Positions 25,286 to 37,899 of a stretch of 64,000 nucleotides of DNA are shown piece after piece. The translations under genes and the position numbers were made by a program. Source of the DNA: Isurus oxyrinchus (lineage: Eukaryota); the NCBI GenBank assembly GCA_026770705.1, contig JANJGN010000023.1:4526001-4590000 (forward strand). The letters run 5' to 3'. The notes beneath the pieces are model-generated. The model was not told where the DNA came from, searched no databases, and was given only the letters and a program-made list of their open reading frames with translations. The stretch's first letter is position 1. Each line of letters begins with the position of its first letter.

Positions 25286-25560
25286 AGGGTTATCGGAAGA
25301 AAAAAGTGAGGGCTGAGAGGATGGTGGTCCTATAGATCTTACAATACCTGTGCCACTATGTGTTCCACACTGGTTGTTGCAGATATTTTGCCTCATCTCC
25401 TAAGAGTTGGATAATCTGACCTATGCTAATCAATCCCAGATATGGTAATGAAACAGGTAGTTGAGATTTAATTGTTATTATATCAACTGAGCACACTACT
25501 ATCACCAGCCCCTCTACAGAAAGCAAACACACATAATTCATGGTAAACTTAAACTCTTCC

Positions 25561-25566
25561 TTTATT
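25561..25566 (-). terminator. Candidate distal KLHL11 polyadenylation signal
   Basis: AATAAA on the minus strand followed by a GU-rich tract (tgtgtgtttgct) at the edge of the repeat-poor region; a second candidate lies at 26462-26467. Confidence 0.5.
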
Positions 25567-26989
25567 GACAAGCTACCGTATAATATTTTAGAAAAACAAA
25601 AGTGGATGACTATCACATTGCTGAACACACAGTAAACATGCATGTGCACATTAGAATTAATTTGTCAAGTCTGGGCAACCTTGCTAGTGAATGTTCGAAA
25701 TGGAGTCAGGCAGAAAAGCACATTCCCTTCTATTTGAAAGATCCTCCTTCCACTATCCCCTTTAATTCAATGCAAGTCACAATCACACTGTGCCCAGCCA
25801 ACTGCACAAATGCACTTAAGAGTTGGGAAAAAATCCATTTAGACAAAGCTTTTTTTTTAAAAAAAAGCATCAGGAACACACAACAACGATGAAGACAAAC
25901 TGGAACAGACCTCATGTTTGAGTACAAGACAGTATACACTGTTCAGAGTTCAAACCAGTCTATGTTAGAATTCAAACTCTTTCCTTACCTCACTCCCCTC
26001 CCTCTGTACATAGTAGCAAAACGCTCCATCTCCTTAAGCAGAGGGAGATAAAACCCCATACAATTCACATACACACACACGGATAGTGAAATCTGCTTTG
26101 CTTGAAATGACGTGCATCTTAGCATCATTCCTCAGCGTGTTTCTGACAAACAATGGGAGTGAAATAACCAAGAAAGGGCTGAGTAAGTAAAAATATTTAA
26201 CAAATAAAAATATACAGATCAGCAAAGGAAACAGGAAGTCAGTAAACTAATGAAAGAAATTGGTGCAGTCCAAGAATGTGGCAGCCAAACATAACTGGGA
26301 GCCATCACACTGTCCCCCTTACTCCCAACCTCTAAACAAACACATAAGGTTAGTCTTTTGAACAAAGTACTGATGCAGATTTAGCTCTGCTAATTTTGCA
26401 CTTTGGAACAGCAGAATGGGAAATGCCAGCAGCATGCATGTCCATATTAAGCATCTTGTTGTTTATTAATAAATTTAAAAGAATATTAAAAATACTGTCC
26501 AAGAGAGACAGCCTAGGGGGCACTGTATGAAGAGTGAGTACAAAGAGAAATCAAATGTTAAAATATTCAATGAGCCAATCATAACGTGTGGATGTTAATA
26601 GAGGCAAGTTACTTAGGACATGCTCTGATGTTCTCCTCACTGGCCCAGGCCAGGCTCTGTACATCTCATCATTCAGTGCAGAAAGAGAGTAGATCTCACT
26701 CTACTCATGTGTTAACTTGGACACAAGATCACAGGGGTGTATAAAATGCCCAGAGTGTGCACAATGCGGTGCCATTAGATGACCAGATATCCCCTATGGC
26801 CGAGCTGCCAATATCAAGGACAAGGTAGGAGTGTCAAGGGTTGCATCATATTAAAACCAGTAACTAAAAACCAATTTAAATGATCATCACTCCTAACAAA
26901 GTGATGCTTCTACAGCTACCCATAGTTTTCTTACATCATCGAAGGATGTTAAAATCAAAGGCAGTCTATCCTTGATCACCAATGAACTG

Positions 26990-27150
26990 GCATTTCAAGT
27001 CATGCTTGCTATTGGGATCTTGCTGTACACTCCAATGACAGTCATCTTTTTTCAAACAGAATAGTTAAATTTCACTCCAAAAGTGAACATGAAATGCTTT
27101 GAGGGATTTCTGAGGTGCAATAAGACACATTAAAAACAAGACTTTTTTCA
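26990..27150 (+). mobile_element. Old Deu-SINE 3' remnant in the putative KLHL11 3' UTR
   Basis: tgctattgggatcttgctgtacac...cactccaaaagtg...gctttgagggat resembles the 3' part of the 3630-4570 element. Confidence 0.45.
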
Positions 27151-30100
27151 AATCCACATTGTAATAGGATGTGGATGTTATAAATGACAAGAGGCCACTG
27201 TACTGGACTGTTTGCAGGCAAGACTTCATGCTGGAGGTTAAACTTGAAGGAAATACAATCTTACTGAAGCTTGAACTTCCTTAGGGATTATAAAGTGAGG
27301 TGTAGCAAAACATTTCTCATTTTGTTCAGTGCTCCATGCTAAACAGGCAGAACACCTCTCCTATAAACCATGCTGATGTATCACTTACCACTGCTTGTGA
27401 CACTGCATGTGCTGAATCTAAAAGTAAAATGCCTCATTAGCACAGAGTATTTCAGTACATAAAAGGACACCAGAGCATGGTTTCAAACTGCACAAAGCAA
27501 TAATATTTGAGGTTGGACAAATGGAATTGGAATCTTTCTCCTCTGGCCCAGAACCTTACCTTTGGACAGCATAAATTGGGCTGACAGGTCAACACGTGAG
27601 CTAGATCACTTGTGCGGACAATGCTCATGCATAGCTTTTCCAGGGCAGAAATTTCCCACTCAACATGTCACATCACAGTGAATGGAACTCTCTGAATAAT
27701 ACACCCTCAACTGAGTAACCAGCATTAGCTCCAGATGGCTGTGTGCCTGTCCGATAGAATGAATATAATTTGGTGCATGGAGGAAGAAATCCAAGCCCAG
27801 GATCACTCGAGTTGTGCATGAAGGCTGACACAGTTGCCAAGGAGTTCACAACGATTTCAGTAAAAAGTGTAATGGAGAAAACATGAAGTTATGCATGCCT
27901 CTGTAATACAATTACCAAACCCATCCTTCCAAACTGGCTCATGAATGTAGAGAGCATTCTGAAGTTACAGGTGGGCCACTGGTAGTGAAGGAACAGTTAG
28001 ATTAATTCAGACTACCAGTGTCAGACAAGCAGAGTATAATACAACACTAAAGTGTACGGGCTTTTGTACTATCCTATTCTTGAGAGGGTACATATACTAA
28101 ACAAGCCTAGTGACTACGGATATTTGTGGTTATTATTTAATTTAAAATTTGAAGAGAGGGAGAAATACCAGCAGCGTGAAACCTGGTTCCTTGGTGTCAG
28201 CCCTACTGTGGGGTTTAGTGTTAGGTTCCTGCGGCAGCCTTAGCATCACGATAAAAATGGTGAATGGTGCAGCACCAAAAACCTTCAGCTTTGGAAACCA
28301 GTTGCCATGAACAAACATTGGGACATCACTAATTGTACATCAAAGTAAGTTTATAAGTTTCATTCAGGAAAAAAGGGAACTGTGCAGGCAGTGTGTTATC
28401 TGCAGGACATGCTCCCCAAAAGACAACAGCCCTGTCAGACAGGCTGGTGAAAGAATGGCCCATAGCCCCAAAACAAAGGCATGACCATACACTCTTATTT
28501 GCATGTCAAAACTGCTTTGCCAAGTCATCTTACAAATACATTTACAAAACATAAATTAAATCTTCTACTTGAACTACTTACACTACTTAAAACAAAGTGA
28601 CTTCTGATACAGAAATTAGGCTGGCCAGTTTAAATTTAGGCCTCTCCCTCCTTTGAGGATAGCTTCATACACAGAATGGAAATATATAGATCTATACAGG
28701 GAAAATACATCTCAGAATCTAATGGTCATACAAGTCAGGGTACATATATACACAGTGCAACATATATACACAGTTCAGCAGAAAGTGACAGCACCATGGG
28801 AGACACTGCAACTAAAAGCTATGCTCTAACAACAATTTTCACTACACCTTGGAAACATAACTGATTGGTATGACAGAGAACTAGTTCTATGTTTTCTAGA
28901 TTTTTAACTAGCAATTGTGGGAACAAAGTGCTTAAATAGGTTACACAAAAGGAGTTGGTGGGGGTAGTTTCTCCTTGTGTATTGTAAGGAATGAGGAAGA
29001 GCAAGGGGAATATGTTTCATCTTAATCAAAGCTCACAGTTCAGAAGTCTGCAGGGAGTCTTGATCAATTAGAACAGGGTACAAGAGTTCAATATAAACAT
29101 AACACAAAAATGCTACTGAATCCAAAGCAACGTATAAAAACTGAGATCATCATAACTCCCAACTGTGACCAAGTGTAGGAAATAAAAGGGAGAAACAGAA
29201 AAGATGGCATGGGTCTGCAAATAATTATTCAGGGCAGTCACCCTATCAGTCAGTTACCCAGTCCAATCCAAAAATGTTCAACTGTAACTCTGTCAAACCC
29301 TTTAGTAGAAAGTTGGGCTCTTCCTCGCACAGCCCAAATTGAAAGCCAAAGATAAAATGTAATCTATACCCTATCAGGCCAGATACCAGGTTCCTGGACT
29401 AGTGAATCAGTCAATGTTCACTGATCTATAGTATGGTCAAAACTAAAAAGCCGATCATGACAAAATGACAAGTACTTTTAAAGGGCAAGCTTAAAATGGA
29501 AACCACCTCCAGGAGGTTTAATCATAGTGTGGTTTAATAGTAATGATGCTCACTGTGTGCTCTGTTCAAGTTAACAGCATCAGTTTAAAGTGCTTTCTGC
29601 AATAACCAAAGTGCTCAGGAAATCCTATGCTGGTTAGTATCTGGCATAGGTTTTCCAACTGTTGACTTGTGCCCATTCCTTTTTGTGGGTTATGACTAGA
29701 AAACCCAGGGCAAATTATCTAGGTCTCCATGTCAATTGTGCTACATTATTAAAGTTTAGATCCAACAAATTTACCCCTAATGTTCCCCCAATAAGTTCTA
29801 GATCACTCCAAGGTTTGGTTCCATGTGCTCACAGGCACCATGCAGAATGGAATCCATCAGACTGGTTCCCCAGTCTTCCATCGCTATCATTTTTGATCAG
29901 AACAGATACAGAGGAAAGCCGTCACGCAACAACATAAGAGTGGATCGAGAAGAAGTGGCCATGTCCAAATAATTGAGTGACATCCTCAGGAAATTATTAT
30001 GGCTCAACAGGATACGTTCCCTCTGCTGCCTCACGTTAAGAAAATTGGAATTTTTGCATGTTTAAATAAACGTGGGGTTTATGGAACAAGAGATAAAAAT

Positions 30101-30629
30101 TGGTCTCAACAAGGGATGAAGAAGTGAAATGTTACATGGATAACACCAAGGCAAGACATTGATTTAAAACATAGTACACATCTACCACTTAGCTGGAGAT
30201 GGAGTGTGGCATGGGAAGAAGCAACATTTTTGAAAAAAGAAACCAAAGAGTCTGGATGCAGTGAGCCGTCCTAAAATGATTTAACCCCTTAGTTTCTGGA
30301 ATATTTGTCTTTTGCATGGCAAAACCCAGAGAGAGAAAAACATATGAAGTTCAAGTCTCATTGATATCTGATACAGTCCATTTGGCTGTGACACTGACCC
30401 TTATTTCCATTATAGAACAATTGAGTATGAAGACTCTTCCCCCAACACACTGCCCCCACTTTCAACTGCCTATATAATCTGTATCGTCACAGCAGTTTAT
30501 GTTTGGAGGGGCAGGAATTCTAGTTAGCACTGACCTCAAAATTATATTAAGCTGAGGAGAATCAGACTTGTTCTGGAATTTTTGAGGGAGGTTTCTCACT
30601 AAAACCCCCATCTCCAGAAGTGCTTCTGG

Positions 30630-32214
30630 TTAACATTCGACTTGAGGTTGCAGCTGCCGCCTGAGGCTTAGAGATCGCCGATGCAACTGCTGCATCTGCT
30701 GCAGCCGTTCTCGCTGCCTGGCCAGGTTCTGTGGCATTGGGTACCTTTGAGCTCCATATAGGTACCTGTAAGGTATCCTCACGTGGCAAGCGGTTGCTCG
30801 GCATCGTGGCTGGGGCATGGGAGGCAGCAGCATCCAGCGCTTCCTCTCTGAACAATAGCGGTATGCCTCCTTTCGATACTGCTTGTCCATGTCATCACTG
30901 TTCTTCCAGCCACCGATTATGAAGACATCATCACGGAAGTAGCAAATCGCCGCCCCCTCAATACTCAGCACTTCGGGTGGTAAGCTCTCCAGGATTTCAT
31001 CAGCTGTCATGCTGGAGATTTTCTGCTTTGCTTCACCGTCTGTCACAGGGTAACACTTGGGGCAGCAGGAGGCTGTGTGGTAAAAGTTTGTGGCTGCAAT
31101 AGCCATTTGGAAGGCGCAGTAGTTATCAAGGAGCGGCAGAGATTCCACATCCTGCCACTGTCTTGTGTCAGTATCATACTTTGCATTTATTGTCTCCAAA
31201 CCATCCTCATTATCGGTATCCACAGGGGTGCGGGCGGTGACGTACACAAAACGGTCTTCCACACTGATGGCTTTAACATCCCGTAATATTTTGGGAGCGG
31301 ACTCCAGGTGGTGCCACCTATCCTGTTCAGGTTCGTAAACATCAACATCTTTGAAACCCGGGCTAAAATTCCCATGTCCCCCGATGCTATACAAGTTCTG
31401 CTTAACTGCCGACAGGCCAAAGGAATGCTTCCTCGTGATTAAGTTGTTAACTTGCTCCCAGCTGTTTCTGTTTGGGCTGTACCTCTCCACCGTCTTTGCA
31501 AATCCAGGCTCCATGGAGCCAGCCACGTACACATGGGAGTCTGTGATGGCCATAGCATGGCCATCTAGATGGTTGTGAATGTGGGGGAGATTTACCCATC
31601 GATCTTCATCTATGAAATAGCCTACGCACTCGCTCAGGTAATCCCCACCCTCTGACACACCACCCACCACCATAATAATATCCATGTTTTGCCCAAAGCG
31701 AGGCTGGAATGACACAACATGGGACGCCCAGTGCTCCAGGTTGGCAGGCTGAAGATTCTCCGACCTCAGTGCATGACCTTCCACTGCTTCTGAAACGAGC
31801 CTGAGGCAGCTGGCATTATCAGCTACTAGCCGCTCAGATTTGATGATCCGGGTTAAGTATGTGGGCTTCATCTGAGGCAATCGCAGCAACTGGAACAGCT
31901 CCTCGAAGTGCTTCTCCCTCTCCTCTGGGTTCCGCTGCACCCACTTCACCACAGCCTCAAAAAGAACTTCCTCAGAGTCCACTGTGATTTCAGAGTCTGA
32001 CAGCCAGTCTCTGACCAGGTGGAAAGGCAGTGTGTAGAACTCATCATCCTGTACCACCTTGGAGAAGTCCCTGCGGATCATGTCTGCAGCTTTCAATGCC
32101 AGCTGGTCCAGGGAGTACATGTGGGCCAGACTGTGAACTGCCACACAGTTGGTGAGGTTTAGCTTTTTCTTTAGAAACTCCCCACAGAATTCCTTCAGTT
32201 GGAGCAAGAGGAAC
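30630..32214 (-). CDS. KLHL11: Kelch-like protein 11, exon 2 (BACK + kelch repeats)
   Basis: ttccag|G TTC CTC TTG; 1585 nt to TAA; [33 protein letters not shown] typical of KLHL11. Confidence 0.96.
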
Positions 32215-33069
32215 CTGGAACAAGGAAATGGCAGTTTTGGAAAATTTTGTAAATGCCATTAATGGAGAGTACATTGAAAACAAATACACCACATGCTTAA
32301 CATTTTTTGAAATTAATTACTACAAAATTCATATTGCATGAAACAGGAGTTAGAGACCAAAGCAGTTTCATTCCATGCCTCCAGGAAACAGGACCAGAGA
32401 CATAAAAATAAATGAGTGCAAAGTAAACTGGAGGGCTTTGAACAGGGAGTGGCAAGCGCGCTGGCTGCCTAACGGCGAGATCTGCTTGGCTGCTGCAGAG
32501 AAGCTGCCGTTTAGCTCTAGCAGTGAGTATGCAATGATTCGGTTTCAGCCATCAGTAAAATATCTGGCCTGTACAGTTCCTTCCATAGCATCACAGAGGT
32601 CTACGCACTCTTCCTTTGTTCCTGAATGTGGGAAAAAGGGTTTATCAGGTTCACACGCACAACCATTTTCACCAAAAGTAATTCATAAATATTAATACAG
32701 GGAATCAAAAAAAGCGCCTCATGTTTGCAGTGACAGTACAATCATACTTTTACAGCCTCATCTGCTGTTGACTGCAGGCTCCTTAAATATCTGCCCCCCA
32801 CAACCCTCCTGTGCATTATCTTCTACTTCCAGTCCTAACAGACCTCTCAACTCAAATGGTTTCCCCAACTACACCCACATGGGCACATGAGTGCCCATCC
32901 TTGGTCCTCTAGATGCTAACCCTTGGCAATTCTACCTGGAAGCATGGAGTCAACTTTCACATGTATTCTGAAGATGCCCAGCTCTATCTCAGCATCTGCT
33001 CCACTCATCTCACAAACTGTTATTACTATCTTCAATTGCTTATCCAAAATGAAGTATACCGAGTTAGGT

Positions 33070-33795
33070 CACATTGAAGCAATGGATGTTATCCACTATG
33101 GATTTTAAGAAAACATTTCACAAAGTACCACATAAAGGGCTGGTTAACAAAATTGTGGCTCATGGAATAGGAGGGTCAAAGTCAACTTGGATTTAAAAAG
33201 TTGGCTTAAGGACAGAAAACAGCAAATTATGGTAAATGGTTATTCTTCAGATTGTCCACCATCTACAAGGCACAAGTCAGGAGTGTGATGGAATACTCTC
33301 CACTCGCCTGGATGAGTACAGCTCCAACAACACTCAAAAAGCTCAACATCTTCCAGGACAAAACAGCCTGCTTGATTGGCACCCCATCAACCAACTTTAA
33401 ATTCGCTCTCTACGAAACTAGCACACAGTATCATTTGTGTATACAATATACAAGATGCACTGCAGCAGCTCGCTAAGACTTCTCTAACTGTATCTTCCAA
33501 ACCTGTGACCTCTACCATCTAGAAGGACAAAGGGACCAGATACATGAGAACACTACACCAGCAAGTTCCCCTCCAAGTCACTCATCATCCAAACTTGGAA
33601 GTATAATCATCATTCCTTCACTACCAGTGGGTTAAAATCCAGGAATGCCCTCTCCAATAGCATGGTGGGTGTAACTACACAACACAAACTGCAACAGTTC
33701 AAGAAGGTGGCACACCACCACATTCTCAAGGGTAATTAGGGATAGACAATAAATGCTGGCCATGCCTGGGGTGCCCACATCTCAAGAAGGAAGTT
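33070..33795 (+). mobile_element. Adjacent CR1 RT fragment and LINE 3' fragment
   Basis: MDVIHYGF..K (YLDF-like) then YKAQVRSVMEYSPLAW; tail taattagggatagacaataaatgctggcc. Confidence 0.75.
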
Positions 33796-34004
33796 AAAAA
33801 AAGGGGGTGAGGAGTTTAAGAAAATGGCTTGCAGTAGAGAAAAGCAGGGTTGTCTTTGCTTTCCAGGCCAATCCTGAACTAAAAAGCAGGTTTCACAAAG
33901 GAGAGCAGGACCCAATAGTGCTTTACATGGTCCAGGCAGATCTGGTAGTGAATGGCTAAACCAGCTGTCCATCAAATCTATTCAAGTTTGCTTCCCTTGG
34001 ATTT

Positions 34005-34715
34005 TTTTCATTCATTTACGGGATGTGGGTGTAGCTGGCCAGGCCAGCATTTATTGTCCCTCCCCATTTGCCCTTGAGAAGGTGGTGGCGGTGTTGCCTT
34101 CTTGAACTGCTGCAGTCCAGGTGATGTAGTTACACCCACAGTGCTGTTGTGGTTGGGGTGGGATGGTGGGGGGAGTTGCAGGACTACAGGATTTTGACCC
34201 AGCGACAGTGAGGGAACAGCGATATATTTCCAAGTCAGGATGCTGTGTGACTTGCATGGGATCTTGTCCTTCTTGACGGTAAGGGTTGTGGGTTTGGAAG
34301 GTGCTGTCTATGGAGCCTTGGTGAATTCCTGCAGTGCATCTTGTAGATGGTACACACACTGCTGCCACTGTGCGTCGGTGGTGGAGGGAGTGAATATTTG
34401 TGGATGAGGTGCGAATCAAGCAGGCTGCTTTGTCCTGGATGGTGTCAACCTTCTTGATGACGTGGGAGCTGCACTCATCCAGGCAAGTACTAATGTCCTT
34501 TAGGGACAGAAATCTCCCGTCCTTACCTGGTCTGGCCTACATGTGACTCCAGACCCACAACAATGTTGTTGACTTTCAAATGCCCTCTGAACAAGGGCAA
34601 TTAGGGATGGGCAATAAATGCTGGCCTAGCCAGCAACCCTCGCATCTCATGAATGAATAAAAAAGTATTCCATCACGCTCCTGACTTGTGCCTTATGGAC
34701 AGGCTTTGGAGAGGT
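34005..34715 (-). mobile_element. LINE 3' fragment containing a + strand truncated SINE (~34488-34665)
   Basis: NIHSLHHRRTVAAV; the inner SINE ends gaatgaataaaaaa. Confidence 0.75.
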
Positions 34716-34954
34716 AAAGGAAGCAAAGGTGAAAACTATAACAGGGATTGGCCAGGGTGAGAGGGGAGATTATTTTAATGGGGAAGAAAACATTGCACTG
34801 AGAAAAATTATTTCCTGCAAAAATGTTGTAGTGAATGCAGGGTCAAAGGTTGGAGAGATTGGATTTGAAATCACAGCTGTAAATGAATTGGGAAAGATTT
34901 TCTTCCAGGGGAAGACACAGGAGGAAGTAAGATTTGGTGGGAGATGTTTTTTTA

Positions 34955-36165
34955 ATTCATTCATTCATGCGAAGTGGGCTTCACTAGCTGTGCCAGCATT
35001 CATTGCCTATCCCTAAATGCCTTCAAGAAGGCGGTGGTGAGCTGCCTTCTTAAACCGCTGCGGTCCATGTGGCGTAATTACACCCACAGTGCTGTTAGGA
35101 AGAGGCTTCCAGGATTTTGACCCAGCGACAGAGAAGGAAAGGCAATATATTTCTAAATCAGAATGGTGAGTGGCTTGGAGAGGAACTTCCAGGTGGCGGT
35201 GGTCCTATCTATCTGCTGCCCTTGTCCTTCTGGATGGTAGTGGTCGTGGGTTTGGAAGGCGCTGTCTAAGGAGCCTTGGTGAATTCTTGCAGTGCATCTT
35301 ATAGATGGCTCCCACTGCTGCTACTGTGTGTCGGTGGTGGAGGGAGTGAATGTTTGTGGAGGTGCCAATCAAGCAGATTGCTTTGTCCTGGACAGTGTCA
35401 AGCTTCTTGAGTGTTGTGGGAGCTGCACTTATCCAGGTACGTGGGGAGTATTCCGTCACACTCTTGACTTGTGCCTTCTAGATGGTGGACAGGCATGGGG
35501 ATTCAGGAGGTGAGTTACTCGTCGCAAGATTCCTAGCCTCTGGGCTGCTCTTGTAGCCACTGTATATGTATATTACTAGTCCAGTTCAGTTTCTGGTCAA
35601 TGGTAATCCCCAGGATGTTGATAGTAGGGGGTTCAGTGATGGTAACGCCATTGAATGTCATGGGGCGATGGTTAGATTCTCTCTTGTTGGAGATGGTCAC
35701 TGCCTGGCACTTGTGTGGATGAAAATTACTTGCCACTTATCAGCCTAAGCCTGGATATTGTCCAGGTCTTGCTGCATTTGGACATGGACTGCTTCAGTGG
35801 CTGAGGAGTCAAAATGGTGCTGAACATTGTGCAATCATCAGCAAACATCCCCACTTTTGACCTTATGATGGAAGGAAGGTCATTGATGAAGCAGCTAAAA
35901 ATAGTTGGGCCTAGGACACTACCCTGAGGAACTCCTGTAGTGATGTCCTGGGGCTGAGATGATTGACCTCTAACACAACCATCTTCCTTTGTGCTAGGTA
36001 GGACTCCAACCAGTGGAGAGTTTTCCCCCCGATTTCCACTGACTCCAGTTTTGCTAGGGCTCCTTTTCGCCACACTCTGTCAAATGCACACTTGAGGATG
36101 GGGGCAGTCACTCTCATCACACCTCTGGAAATCAGCTCTTTTGTCCATGTTTGAAGCAAGGCTGG
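34955..36165 (-). mobile_element. 5'-truncated LINE (RT + 3' tail)
   Basis: GVPQGSVLGPTIFSCFINDLP..FADDCT. Confidence 0.85.
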
Positions 36166-36576
36166 AGAGTCGTATAAGAATATGATCAAAGATGACCTTA
36201 TCTGTGATTGACACGATGGGGGTGGCGAGACCATGTTGGATGGCAAAGATTAAAAGATTTGCACTTTCCCCAATCCTGAAGGTTCTTTGATCGCAGAGCT
36301 CCCATGTCCTCTGATTGCGTGGCACTCAGTACATAACATCAGTGATTATATCTCAGAAGATGATTAACTGGATGTGGTGCGTGTTGTAATGTTATGATCA
36401 CATCTCCAACCTCACTGTCCTGATCCACGCTGCTCACCATGGCCAACAGCGACATGCCCTCCCCCCCCCCCCCGCCACCATTACCCAATGGCAGCATGGG
36501 CTCCGCCATTCTCACTGTCTAATAGCGGCAGAGCCCCTCCTCCCATCCCCATTTCCACCACTGACAGCATGGGCCT

Positions 36577-36995
36577 CCCATTCCCATCGGCCAATGACAG
36601 AACAGGGGTCCCATTCCCAGCGGCCAATGACAGAACGGGGGTCCCATTCCCATCGGCCAATGACAGAACGGGGGTCCCATTCCCATCGGCCAATGACAGA
36701 ACGGGGGTCCCATTCCCATCGGCCAATGACAGAACGGGGGTCCCATTCCCATCGGCCAATGACAGAACGGGGGTCCCATTCCCATCGGCCAATGACAGAA
36801 CAGGGGTCCCATTCCCATCGGCCAATGAAAGAACAGGGGTCCCATTTCCAGCGGCCAATGACAGAACGGAACGCCGCATTCCCAACAGCCAATGAGTGAG
36901 GGACCCATTCCCAATGGCTAATGACAGCAGAGTCTCCACCCCCTCCCCCCAGCAGCCAATGAAAGGGGAGGCCCCATTCCCAGTAACCAATGAGT
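36577..36995. repeat. 33-bp minisatellite with one CCAAT box per unit
   Basis: Unit cccattcccatcggccaatgacagaacgggggt; CCAAT at 36591, 36624, 36657, 36690, 36723, 36756, 36789, 36822, 36855, plus degenerate flanking units. Confidence 0.95.
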
Positions 36996-37022
36996 GTAGA
37001 GCTCTGGCTCTCCCGCCTTCAC

Positions 37023-37399
37023 CTGTCGGCCAGTTCCAGAACCTCATGCACGGTGCCGGTGCAGACTTGGATGGTGCCGGTGTACATGTACTGGATGACG
37101 GCCTCCACCGTGTCGGGGTCGGGTCCGGGCTCCGTGCTCCATTTGCGCATCTCCACCCGCTCCGAGCGCGACTCCTCGAAGTTGCCGCCGAGCAGCGGCT
37201 CGAAGTACTCGGTGGCGGCGGCCAGGACCGAGCGGTGGGCGCGGAACTCGCGGCCTCCCACCGACAGCGTCAGGTCGCAGAATAGGCCCCGCTTCCTCTG
37301 CTCGTTCTGGCGGCGGGACAGCTCCAGGCAGTGGGTCTTCGAGTCGAACACATCGGCGTCGCCACCGTCCGCCTCCTCCGGGCTCGGGGCCGCCGCCAT
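37023..37399 (-). CDS. KLHL11: Kelch-like protein 11, exon 1 (BTB domain)
   Basis: ATG at 37399; [44 protein letters not shown]|gtga; phase 2 joins exon 2 (total 653 aa); CpG-rich. Confidence 0.95.
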
Positions 37400-37650
37400 T
37401 GCTCCCCAACCGCCGCCAGGACGTCACTGTTCCCGCCCCGCATCGCGTCATAAACATTTGCACTTCATACGTCATCCATTTCTGTGCACTTCTCGCCCTC
37501 ACCCAAACGTCATCTGTTTCTGTGCACTTCCCTCCCCCATCCGAACGTCATCTGTTTCTGTGCACTTCTCACCCTCGTCCGAACGTCATCGATTTCTGTG
37601 CACTTCCCTCCCTCATCCCAACGTCATCTGTTTCTGTGCACTTATCTTTC
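37400..37650 (-). promoter_or_regulatory. Putative KLHL11 promoter with GC box and a 38-bp tandem repeat of CRE-like TGACGT sites
   Basis: ACGTCA at 37421, 37469, 37507, 37545, 37583, 37621; CCGCCC at ~37433. Confidence 0.6.
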
Positions 37651-37899
37651 ACCCCCATTCAATTAAGAACAGAAATAGGAGTAGACCACTGCAGCCTGTT
37701 CTGCCTTTCAATAAAACCATACTTAATCTTACCTTAACTCCACTTTATCCATTAATTCCCTTTCCCTTCCAGGTACGATTCCCTAAGAGGGTATTGGTGA
37801 CAATGGACTACCATTGGATTGGTCCATGATTATGCTTGGTGCAGTACTGCAGTGGTTTGCCTTTGACTTCTGCTCTTACCAACGTCCATCAGGTCAATA

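Noticed and set aside
30630-32207. Stand-alone 525-aa single-exon kelch gene or retrocopy
   Set aside because: The ORF-track start is a TTG inside exon 2; a proper acceptor at 32214 joins the BTB exon at 37023-37399.
36577-36900. CRISPR-like regular repeats
   Set aside because: Head-to-tail units with no unique spacers, eukaryotic context and no cas genes.
36481-37047. Repetitive ORFs in several frames (GTPVLSLAD..., GVPFPSANDRT...)
   Set aside because: By-product of a stop-free 33-bp (multiple of 3) minisatellite; no splice or homology support.
36990-37829. 279-aa + strand ORF antisense to KLHL11 exon 1
   Set aside because: GC-rich shadow ORF running through a tandem repeat; no recognisable domain.
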